Positions 19,253-30,048 of a DNA stretch of 64,000 nt are shown here, piece by piece. A program made the position numbers and the translations under genes. Below the pieces are notes generated by a model, which worked only from the letters and a program-made list of their open reading frames with translations, did not search any database and was not told where the DNA came from. The stretch's first letter is position 1. Every line of letters starts with the position of its first letter. The DNA lies in assembly GCA_002269645.1 (NCBI GenBank), contig NIVC01000206.1, forward strand, positions 434,001-498,000. The letters are read 5' to 3'. This DNA comes from Macrostomum lignano (Eukaryota).

Positions 19253-20880
19253 CAATAAATTACTACAATAAAGGACCTTTTTTGATTTTGTGACTATTTC
19301 ATGCACTATACAGTGAATTATTTAAATTAGTTAAAAAATAAAGACATCTAGACTTACAATAAAAAATAAGTAAATTTTGTAATGCCAACTGGCATAATTC
19401 ATTCACACAAAAAAAACAATTTTATATCAAATACCTCATGTTTGATATATATATGCAGACAAACTTTTTTTCTTCAAAAATATAGTTTAAAAAAACTAAA
19501 AAATGTATGTTACATCATTAAAATCAATAAAAATTGTTTAAACATAGAGAAAAATATCACTTTTATTAGGAAAAGAAAAAATAAACATATTTATATTAAC
19601 AGGACCATCAATTCAGTTTAATAGATTTTCAATTTGGTCATGATGAGCTGCATTGTTGATTATGCTGAATGGCTGCATGCGGCAAGCCAATGCCATGCAG
19701 CTATATGCAATATGCTATGCACACTCAGCATAGGGCTACATATTAAAAGAAATGGCCCTGTGCCACACATAGTTTCAAAGGCCTATCTGCATGAGAATTT
19801 TTACCAAAAAGGGCCTCTAAACCACTCAAATGGCACCAAATTTTGTACCAACCCTAAACTTACTAAGAATGTTTTAGGCTACCTTAAAATTTCTTAAATC
19901 TAAGTCTTTACCTAAAAGTGCAAGTACCAGGTACCAAATACTTAAAGTACCATTTTTACTATATCCTTAAAGCATTGCTCTACTTTTACCTATTGTCTTC
20001 AAAATTTATATAAACAATCTTTAACTATTTAGATACAATCATGTAAAATTTTGAATCCTAAAGTTAATAAAGAATGGCACTGTACACATTTTAATGTTAA
20101 TTTGCTTATTTTAATACATAACCATCCAACCTTCAGCTCATTAGTCTTTTCCTTTATCTGGCAAATGTATAAAAGAGGTTTTAAAATTGACAAACTTTTG
20201 GCAATTATAAGTTTGCTTTATATGAAGCAATTGATTTCATACTTGACAAAATTCTTTATTGACTAGTTCTCTATTTAAATATATAAATCTCAACTTTGTA
20301 ATTCAATCAAGACAGAAACTATCTATTAACATATAAAGTTTATTTGGTTTTTCTAGTATTTGTGCTACTTATCCATTTATTTCCCTAGACCAAAGGGTTA
20401 GGGCTAAGTATATATAGCAATATAAAATGTTTTGGAATAACCTTGTTTATAGCCTTCTCTGCAACCTGAGAAGATGCTGTTAAGCCATGACAATTTAGTA
20501 AGAAATTCTATCACTGTCCTCTATATAGACAACTTTGCATTAATAGTAGATGATGAAGCTGGCAAATCATGCCAATGGGGCATTGTTTGTAAAAGAAAAA
20601 AATTAAAACAGCAATGCAATGCAATCCTACTAAATTAGTCACAACATGAAAATTTCAACACTAATTTTTATTTGAAGGTACTGTAAAATGTAAATGCCTC
20701 GAAAGAAAAGAGTAATAGGTTCTTTGATTGCTTCAGTGGAGCTGGAGCTACACAACTTCTTCTTAGGGCTGCAAATTGGCCAGAAAGATGATGTGATCAA
20801 AGCAGTCAAAGCAAACTCTTTCATGAGAGGGAAAGGCCTCCTCAAAGGCCAGATAAAGAAACCAGCTCATGGCTGCAAGC

Positions 20881-21450
20881 CAGATGAGATGAGATGAGAT
20901 GAGATGAGTGGAAAAGGGAATGAATAGATGATTGAAAAAGAGAGGAGAGGCAAGAAAGGGGTTGAGAAAAAAGATAAAAAGATAAGAATAGAGAAGAGGA
21001 GAATGAGATAAGAGAAGGGAGAGAAGAGGGGAGTGAGATAAGAGAGGGAGAAAAGAGGGTAGTGAGATGAGAGGAGAGAGAAGAGGGGAGAGAGAAACAA
21101 GAGGAGACTTGGAGAACAGGGGAGAGAAGATTTCAGAGAGAACGGAGAATAGAGCGAGAAAAAAGGAGAAAAGAGGGAGAAGAGAGAAGAAGGAAGAAAA
21201 TAGAGAGAGGGAAGAGAAGAGAGGAGTGAGAAGAGGGGGGAGAGATGAGAGAGTAGAGAGAACAAAGAATAGAGGAAAGATGAGAAAGCAGTGAAGGGAG
21301 AGGAGAGAGTGAAGAGAAGAGAGGAAAGATAAGAGAAGAGAGAAAAGAAGGAAAGGAGGAAGGAGGAGAGAGAAGATAAGATGAGAAAAGAAAGGAAAGA
21401 GGAGAGAGGAGATAGAACTTGAAAAGAAGAGTGAGAACTTGAGAAGAGAA
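20881..21450. repeat. GA-rich low-complexity tract
   Basis: Purine-only (gaga/gagga) tract; source of the spurious F/L/S-rich ORFs on the minus strand. Confidence 0.9.
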
Positions 21451-22103
21451 TAGAGAAGTTTCAAAGGACCTTAGTGATGGAGAAGATTTTTTTTCTGAAG
21501 ATAGAGGCAGAGGCTAAAGGCCAGAGCTTGCCAACACATGCTTTAACAAGATGTTGCCAGTCATTTCATGTGGCACTCCAGCTGATTAAAATTAAAACAT
21601 GTTTTAAATATTAGTTTAACTTGAATTTGCTCCATTTTTGTTTACCTCTCTCCTAACAAGTTTTTGTTTGAATATTATTTCAGATTTAAGAACTATATAA
21701 GCTGTTTAATTTAAAATACAAAATCGCTATTAGTGTTATTGAGACATTTTAATACAGAACATGTGTAACCTAATCTCAGTTAGTTAGAGTATAATATAAA
21801 ATCACTATGAAAAACTTGTTAAAAAGAAAAAAATGACATTCAATATTTTTCAGGCTTCTTCAGAAGTTCCAACTCTTCCTCTAAGCGATTATGTTGGCTT
21901 TGACCAGCTGCCAAAGCAAGAGGTTCAAAAGCAACTTATTACTGGCTTTGTCTTCAATGTTTTGTGTGTTGGAGAGACTGGGCTTGGCAAGAGCACCTTG
22001 AATCCTTGATGGAGACTCTGTTTAACAGAAAGTTCAACTTTACACCCTCATCTAATGATCACCCTTTGGTGAAGCTGCGCTCCAATACGTTTGGTAAGGG
22101 GCC

Positions 22104-22966
22104 CAGTCAGTCAGTCAGTCAGTCAGTCAGTCAGTCAGTCAGTCAGTCAGTCAGTCAGTCAGTCAGTCAGTCAGTCAGTCAGTCAGTCAGTCAGTCAGTC
22201 AGTCAGTCAGTCAGTCAGCCAGTCAGTCAGTCAGCCAGTCAGTCAGTCAGTCAGTCAGTCAGTCAGTCAGCCAGTCAGTCAGTCAGCCAGTCAGTCAGTC
22301 AGCCAGTCAGTCAGTCAGTCAGCCAGTGAGTCAGCCAGTCAGCCAGTCAGTCAGCCAGTCAGTCAGTCAGTCAGCCAGTCAGTCAGTCAGTCAGTCAGCC
22401 AGTCAGTCAGTCAGTCAGCCAGTCAGTCAGTCAGTCAGTCAGTCAGCCAGTCAGTCAGTCAGTCAGTCAGTCAGTCAGTCAGTCAGTCAGCCAGTCAGTC
22501 AGTCAGCCAGTCAGTCAGTCAGTCAGCCAGTCAGTCAGCCAGTCAGTCAGTCAGTCAGCCAGTCAGCCAGTCAGTCAGCCAGTCAGTCAGTCAGTCAGCC
22601 AGTCAGTCAGTCAGCCAGTCAGTCAGCCAGTCAGTCAGTCAGTCAGCCAGTCAGTCAGCCAGTCAGTCAGTCAGTCAGCCAGTCAGTCAGTCAGTCAGTC
22701 AGCCAGTCAGTCAGCCAGTCAGTCAGTCAGTCAGTCAGTCAGCCAGTCAGTCAGTCAGTCAGTCAGTCAGTCAGTCAGTCAGTCAGCCAGTCAGTCAGTC
22801 AGCCAGTCAGTCAGTCAGTCAGCCAGTCAGCCAGTCAGTCAGTCAGTCAGCCAGTCAGTCAGTCAGTCAGCCAGTCAGTCAGTCAGTCAGTCAGTCAGTC
22901 AGTCAGTCAGTCAGTCAGTCAGCCAGTCAGTCAGTCAGCCAGTCAGCCAGTCAGTCAGTCAGTCAG
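22104..22966. repeat. (CAGT)n/(CAGC) microsatellite
   Basis: Fills the septin intron 22094-23039, starting 10 nt after the donor. Confidence 0.97.
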
Positions 22967-24007
22967 TATGTTAGTCATCTTGAAAAAAACACTAAGATGC
23001 ATATGAAAAAAATAATATTTTATATAAAAAACTGCTTAGATCTGCAAGAGGACCACGTCAAGCTCAAGCTGACCATCACGGAGACGAGTGAATTTGGTGA
23101 CCAGTTGAACAAAGAGGACTCGGCCGCAGTCATATTAGACTATATTAATAAACAATATGATGCTTATCTGCGAGAGGAGATGAAAGCTAAGCGAGATTTG
23201 CAGGCCTATCACGATACAAGGGTGCACGTGTGCCTGTACTTTGTCTCGCCCACAGGCCACTCGTGAGTAGTAATTAAATGATTAATTTGCTTTTATTTTT
23301 TTTCAGTCAAGGTATTCCTAACTATGTGCATCTGGTGCTAAATGTACTTTAGTTCAGGAAATGTTTTTGACCAAAATAACTTTCAATACCCTTGATTGGA
23401 ACATTTTTTTCTCTCAGCCTAAAGCCCATCGATCTTGTGACTCTGAAAGCGTTGGACGGTCACGTCAACATTGTGCCACTCATAGCCAAGTCAGACACCA
23501 TTACAAAAGGCGATCTGCAGAAGTTTAAGGCTCGGGTAAGAGTTCTATTACCGTTATGCATTGGTAGTGTGGCAGACTAGGAAACCCGGTCTGACTCTCC
23601 AGCCACCAGTCTTTGTTTTATTAGAGCCAGGGGGGCTGTGTGCATCCCCTTAATAACGTTACCGTGACAAGAATCGCTAAATAGTTGTTGCTAACAACTC
23701 ACTAGTGACTCTAGCGACTCTGAGTCATGAACTCAGTCTCAAAAAATTCGTCCAAGAGTCGTTGTGTTAGCGCTTAATTTTCTACTTACTCAGTTAGACT
23801 AAAAAGAATTGTTATAAATTCGAAATACGAGCTGAATTAATGAAGTGGCACAAATGCGCTTTAGACGCCACCCAGTGAGATTCTAAAGCAACTCTAGAAC
23901 GCCTCAGTTACGACTTTACAGCTCCAGACAATAAAACGTCTCTAATTGACTCTTTGATGACTTGGACCGTGAGATGTCGTCGTTTTATAGTCGTCTAAGA
24001 GTCACTT

Positions 24008-25243
24008 CTTTCCTATTTTACCTGAGTTACCTGCAACAACTCTGGGGCGACGCAAGTGACTCAGGGATTTCCTATTTTACCTGAGTTACCTGCAACAACT
24101 CTGGGGCGACGCAAGTGACTCAGGGATTTCCTATTTTACCTGAGTTACCTGCAACAACTCTGGGGCGGCGCAAGTGATTCAGGGATTTCCTATTTTACCT
24201 GAGTTACCTGCAACAACTCTGGGGCGACGCAAGTGACTCAGGGATTTCCTATTTTACCTGAGTTACCTGCAACAACTCTGGGGCGGCGCAAGTGATTCAG
24301 GGATTTCCTATTTTACCTGAGTTACCTGCAACAACTCTGGGGCGGCGCAAGTGATTCAGGGATTTCCTATTTTACCTGAGTTACCTGCAACAACTCTGGG
24401 GCGGCGCAAGTGATTCAGGGATTTCCTATTTTACCTGAGTTACCTGCAACAACTCTGGGGCGGCGCAAGTGATTCAGGGATTTCCTATTTTACCTGAGTT
24501 ACCTGCAACAACTCTGGGGCGGCGCAAGTGACTCAGGGATTTCCTATTTTACCTGAGTTACCTGCAACAACTCTGGGGCGGCGCAAGTGATTCAGGGATT
24601 TCCTATTTTACCTGAGTTACCTGCAACAACTCTGGGGCGGCGCAAGTGACTCAGGGATTTCCTATTTTACCTGAGTTACCTGCAACAACTCTGGGGCGGC
24701 GCAAGTGATTCAGGGATTTCCTATTTTACCTGAGTTACCTGCAACAACTCTGGGGCGGCGCAAGTGACTCAGGGATTTCCTATTTTACCTGAGTTACCTG
24801 CAACAACTCTGGGGCGGCGCAAGTGATTCAGGGATTTCCTATTTTACCTGAGTTACCTGCAACAACTCTGGGGCGGCGCAAGTGATTCAGGGATTTCCTA
24901 TTTTACCTGAGTTACCTGCAACAACTCTGGGGCGGCGCAAGTGATTCAGGGATTTCCTATTTTACCTGAGTTACCTGCAACAACTCTGGGGCGGCGCAAG
25001 TGATTCAGGGATTTCCTATTTTACCTGAGTTACCTGCAACAACTCTGGGGCGGCGCAAGTGACTCAGGGATTTCCTATTTTACCTGAGTTACCTGCAACA
25101 ACTCTGGGGCGGCGCAAGTGATTCAGGGATTTCCTATTTTACCTGAGTTACCTGCAACAACTCTGGGGCGGCGCAAGTGACTCAGGGATTTCCTTTTACC
25201 TGAGTTACCTGCAACAACTCTGGGGCGGCGCAAGTGATTCAGG
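24008..25243. repeat. Homogeneous 59-bp tandem array, ~21 copies, each monomer able to form a hairpin
   Basis: Period 59 (cagg at 24062, 24121). Monomer = cctgagttacctgc + 17-nt loop + gcaagtga(c/t)tcagg + 14-nt linker. Confidence 0.95.
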
Positions 25244-25495
25244 GCGCCTCTTGGCCTTGGTCCCGTTTTCATTGGGCACCCTGGCGCCATTCCGCCCACT
25301 CCCCTGAGCAGGCACACAAGCGCGCGGATACGCACGCAGTCATACGCACAGGCACACACTCACACAGGAGTGTACAGCAACGGCCCTGACTTTATTTATC
25401 GTTAGACATGTACACTTCACGGGTACACGGGTTGGCCTTCAAGGGCGTTGATTGAACGAGCAGAGCCAAGCCTAGATTCCAATTTAGCCCCAAAA

Positions 25496-25922
25496 GAGGA
25501 TGTAAACTTAAAGCTCTAGAATGAAGCCTGAAGCAATGGGTCCCGATTTCTCCAAGCCAATCCCTTCATTTGGAGCTTCAAATGCTTGAATAAGGAGATG
25601 ATCTTGATAAACTCTTTTTATATGCTTTTATAAAGAATAGGAGCGATAGTAATGTTGTGTTATGCCCCATAATGTTATTTCTTAATATTTATGTTATCCT
25701 AAGCGTGCTTGTTCTGAATCATTCTCATGTACTCGTAACTAAGGTGAAGTTTTAGTAAAAGGGTCCTGAAAAAAACACAATGAAAAATAACACACGAAGG
25801 TTTCCGATCATATGAAATCCCCATTTATCTCATTTCTCCCCAAAGAGATCCCCAATTGCTATAGTAGAGAAATCGGGACCCAATGCTTTAGGCTCCATTT
25901 TGACTCTTGAGTTCGCATCCTC
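25496..25922. mobile_element. MITE with ~55-bp TIRs, GAG...CTC termini
   Basis: gaggatg...tgggtcccgatttctc mirrored by gagaaatcgggaccca...catcctc. Right flank TTAA, left flank AAAA (TSD imperfect), suggestive of Sola3/Kolobok-type TTAA targeting. Confidence 0.55.
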
Positions 25923-26834
25923 TTAATGTGACTACAAGCCCCCAAGGCACAGACAGTGTACATGTCTGACGATTAGAAAGTCAGGGCAGCTGTACACCCT
26001 GGTCCCTGTGTGAGCGTGTGTGTATGAGTGCGTGTCTGTGTACAGTACTGGCGCGCTTGTGTGTGCTCAGGAGTGAGCGGAATGGGCAGGATTGCCTCAG
26101 CGCTAGCGCTAGCGATGTCGCCCACAGGCCTGCAACTATTGTAATTATTATTGGCATTTTATTAATAATTCGCCGCTTCTGCATCACAAAATCAGATACT
26201 GAGCGACTTGAACGATCACGGCATTCGGGTGTGCCAGTTTCCAACCGATGAAGAGGAGGTCAGCGAAGTCAACGCCAAGCTCAACGTGAGAATTCCGATT
26301 CTGTTTCGTGCATATTTTTAATGGCAATCAAAATCCCCAAGCAAATCCCAACATTCCGTGACAGGCCTTAATCCCATTCGCTGTAGTAGGCGGTGACGAG
26401 CCGCTGTACTCCCTTGCCGCCAAGGGAGGCGGCGGCGCCCGGACCGCGCGCGGTCGCCAATACCCCTGGGGCGCCGTCTGCGTCGACGATGAGACCCATT
26501 GCGACACGGCGCCGCTGAGAGCGGCCCTGCTGTTGCACAACACCGAGCACCTGCGCCAGTTGACGCGAGAATTGCACTACGAAAATTACCGCAGGCGTCG
26601 ACTATTAGAGCTGGGATTCAGCGAGGAGGACGGCCTCAGCCTGGGCGAGCTGCACGAGCGTCAGCGTGAATCGCTGGCAGCCGCAATGCGCAGCGCCAAA
26701 GATGCCCAGCACCAGCTGACCCTTCAGCGGGCTGGCGAGATTGACGCCAAAGTTGAACGGGACATTGCGGCGCTGGTTGCTAGGAAGTGAGTGACATTGC
26801 ATCGATTGTCATGAGGGGAAGATTGGAATTGGAA

Positions 26835-27655
26835 ATCCACTTCGTCTTTTGTTGAGGGAATCCTATCAATGATTATTCCTTTGGGGGAATCCCATCGAAT
26901 TTGGGGGAATCCCATCGAATTTGGGGGAATCCCATCCTTGATTATTCCTTTGGGAGAATCCCATCGATTTTTTGGGGGAATCCCATCCTTGATTATTCCT
27001 TTGGGACAATCCCATCGATTTTTTGAGTGAATCCCATCCTTGATGTTTTCTAAGAATCCCACAATGATTATTATTTGGGGAAGTCCATCAATGTTTTTTT
27101 TGCGGGAATCCCATCTATTTTTGGGGAACCCCACTAATGATGATTTTTAGGGGAATCCCCTCGATGATTATTCCTTTGGGGGGATCCCATCGAAGATTTT
27201 TGGGGGGAATCCCATCCATGATTATTTTCTAGGAATCGCACAATGATTATTCTTTGGGGAAGCCCATCAATGATGATTTTTTCGGGGAATCCCATCCATA
27301 ATTATTTCTTTCGGGGAATTTCTTCGATGATTATTCTTTTTGGTAATCCCATCAATAATTATTCTTTGGGGAATCCCATCCATGGTTTTTTGGGGAATCT
27401 CATAATTGATGGTTTTTGGCGGAATCCCTTCTATAATTATTTTTGGAGAATCCCATCGATGATTATTTTTTCGGGGAATCCCATCCATAATTTTTTGTTT
27501 TGGCGAGTTTCTCAGATGATTATTCTTTCTTGGGAATCCCATAAATTCGCATTCTTTTTGGGTAATCCCATCAATAAATATTCTTTGGGGAATCCTATCA
27601 ATTGTTATTCTTTTCTGGGCAATCCCAGCCATGACTATCTTTTTAGGGAATTCAA
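26835..27655. repeat. Degenerate tandem repeat built on GGGAATCCCATC...GATTATT
   Basis: Fills the last septin intron (26787-27754). Confidence 0.9.
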
Positions 27656-29193
27656 TTAGTGACTACGTTAGTTGCGATTTTTACTTAAATAATTTCACCG
27701 AGAATCATAATTGTGGTCTATCCTTTTTCTATTTTTCTCCCCCCCATCCCCCAGAAACGCCCAGGAGAAGCGGGACGCCGAACGAGCTGCCCGTTTAAGC
27801 GCCGCTAGTCGAGCTTTAGACGAAGAAATCGCCGAGTTTAGGCGCCGACAAAAGGAGCAGCAGCAGCAAAAGCCGCCTGTTTCGCGGTCGCAGCGCGGCG
27901 GCGGCAGCAGCAGCGGCGGTCTGTTTAGCTCTCTGAAGTAGATTTTTTAAAAATTTTTTCGATACATATCGGCATCATCGAGTACAGAATAGTTTTGCAA
28001 AAACTTATGAGTTTCTATTCGTTTTTACGAGTTCCAAAAAATCATTTCATTTATTTCGAAACATATCGGGTTTGTTTTCAATTTGGGAAAAACCATGCCA
28101 CAGAATACTATTCTTTCGGAGCTCGAACCCCCGTCCTTCAGATTAGAAAGCAGGCGCTACAACCACTCGTCCACGATCACAGGGAAATATTGCTACTGTT
28201 AGTAGTGTGCTAAACTAAATTAAACGGCAGTTTCTTGCATATCTATTACATTTATTTCGATACATATCGGACCCTGTTTTTTGTTAAAAGTAGGCAAATT
28301 TAGCGTTGCAGTTACAAATATTTATATTTTATTACTGAATAGTAGCTTTTGTGCAATGAAAATTTTACATTCCTAGCAGTCAAAATTAACTGCTGTTTGC
28401 TACTGCTTCTGTCAGTGCCATCTATTTACGATTTTGCCAACCCATTCGGTCACAATCAATTCTCTTTTGTCTCCAATTTTTCTAGGAATCTCTCATATTT
28501 AGCCATGTTTATGCGCTGCGCGCTACTTACTACCGCTTAAGTAGGATGTTTCGATTTTTGTAGCATTTTTGCTGCGAGTATATTAGATTTGTTTCTTAGA
28601 ATACATTCCGAAAATTCTGGCTTCCGAACGCGATCAATGCCGATCATTATTTTTCAGGTAAAGTTTTACTCAGAGTAGTATTCTGAACGTATTAATCATT
28701 TTTACCATTTTCTTCTTAAAAAATCAATCATTCGTTTCTAATCTTGCTTTAATTAGGCAGGAAACTTTTATGCCTGCAATTTTTTTAAACAGCTGTTCAG
28801 TGCTTTAGTGCTTTAATTGGTGAGGTTAGATTTCACCTTTCAAACTGAAAATATCGCTCTTTCTCAATTGTCCATCTTCCTGCTGTTTCGGTTTTTACTA
28901 ATTAACTTTATTTTATTTAAAACACAAATTTACTTACTAAAATCCCCTTTTGATTCAAACTGTTATAAAACTATTTTAAAAACTCTTGGAGACTTGTTGT
29001 TCAAATTTTTACAAATTATTACAATTTCTTTTCATTGATTTTTTATTTGTTATGGCACTTTCTTGATTGTCTACACAGTGACAGTTATAACCAAAATGCA
29101 TCTGGATCAAAACGCTTAAGATAAAATATTACTTATTTTGATTTTTTCCTATGTTTGCCGTTTTCTGAAAATCTAACTATTGCAATAAAACGA

Positions 29194-29960
29194 ATCCCCT
29201 CTAGAATCTTCCCACTGAGACACATCCCCTCTAGAATCTCCCCACTGCGACACATCCCCTCTAAAATCTCCCCACTGAGACACATCCCCTCTAGAATCTC
29301 CCCACTGCGACACATCCCCTCTAAAATCTTCCCACTGAGACACATCCCCTCTAGAATCTCCCCACTGCGACACATCCCCTCTAGAATCTTCCCACTAAGA
29401 CACATCCCCTCTAGAATCTCCCCACTGCGACACATCTTCTCTAGAATCTTCCCACTAAGACACATCCCCTCTAGAATCTTCCCACTGAAACACATCCCCT
29501 CTAGAATCTTCCCACTAAGACACATCCCCTCTAGAATCTCCCCACTGCGACACATCCCCTCTATAATCTCCCCACTGCGACACATCCCCTCTAGAATCTT
29601 CCCACTAAGACACATCCCCTCTAGAATCTTCCCACTGAAACACATCCCCTCTAGAATCTTCCCACTAAGACACATCCCCTCTAGAATCTCCCCACTGCGA
29701 CACATCCCCTCTAGAATCTCCCCACTGCGACACATCCCCTCTAGAATCTTCCCACTGAAACACATCCCCTCTAGAATCTTCCCACTAAGACACATCCCCT
29801 CTAGAATATTCCCACTGAGACACATTTTCTCTAGAATCTCCCCACTGCGACACATCCCCTCTAGAATCTTCCCACTGCGACACATCCCCTCTAGAATCTC
29901 CCCACTGCGACACATCCCCTCTAGAATCTTCCCACTGAAACACATCCCCTGTAGAATATC
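29194..29960. repeat. 30-bp satellite GACACATCCCCTCTAGAATCT(C/T)CCCACTGC, ~25 copies
   Basis: Tandem array ending ~90 bp upstream of the CNOT9 ATG; explains the 304-aa and 281-aa ORFs. Confidence 0.95.
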
Positions 29961-30048
29961 CCAAATCAGTATAATTGTAGTTAATTGGCTTCCGTGCTGA
30001 TGATGTGCCTGTTTCAGCTGTGAAATATCCAATATCATAATCAACAAG

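Larger units (their letters stand above)
21854..27941 (+). pseudogene. Septin of the SEPT6/8/10/11 (Sep2) group with a frameshift in the first visible exon (pseudogene, null allele or assembly error); exons 21854-22093, 23040-23262, 23418-23535, 26196-26285, 26365-26786, 27755-27941
   Basis: Translation: [33 protein letters not shown]..., [78 protein letters not shown], coiled-coil tail. All GT-AG with consistent phases. An 8-bp insertion gives TGA at 22007-22009. No ATG-bearing first exon identified. Confidence 0.85.

Noticed and set aside
20763-21464. Hydrophobic F/L/S-rich ORFs (also 57749-58261) resembling membrane proteins
   Set aside because: Complement of GA-rich low-complexity tracts.
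22091-23266. 391-aa (SQSV)n ORF fused to septin sequence
   Set aside because: Read-through of the (CAGT)n intron; canonical donor at 22094 and acceptor at 23039 remove it.
24008-25243. 59-bp palindromic repeats as a CRISPR array or hammerhead multimer
   Set aside because: No unique spacers, no cas genes, eukaryotic intron; no CUGANGA...GAAA core on either strand.
26835-27655. Many GGGGAATCCC NF-kB-like sites
   Set aside because: They are the unit of a degenerate intronic satellite; no independent evidence of regulation.
29133-30047. 304-aa and 281-aa repetitive ORFs
   Set aside because: Products of a stop-free 30-bp satellite on both strands; no domain content.
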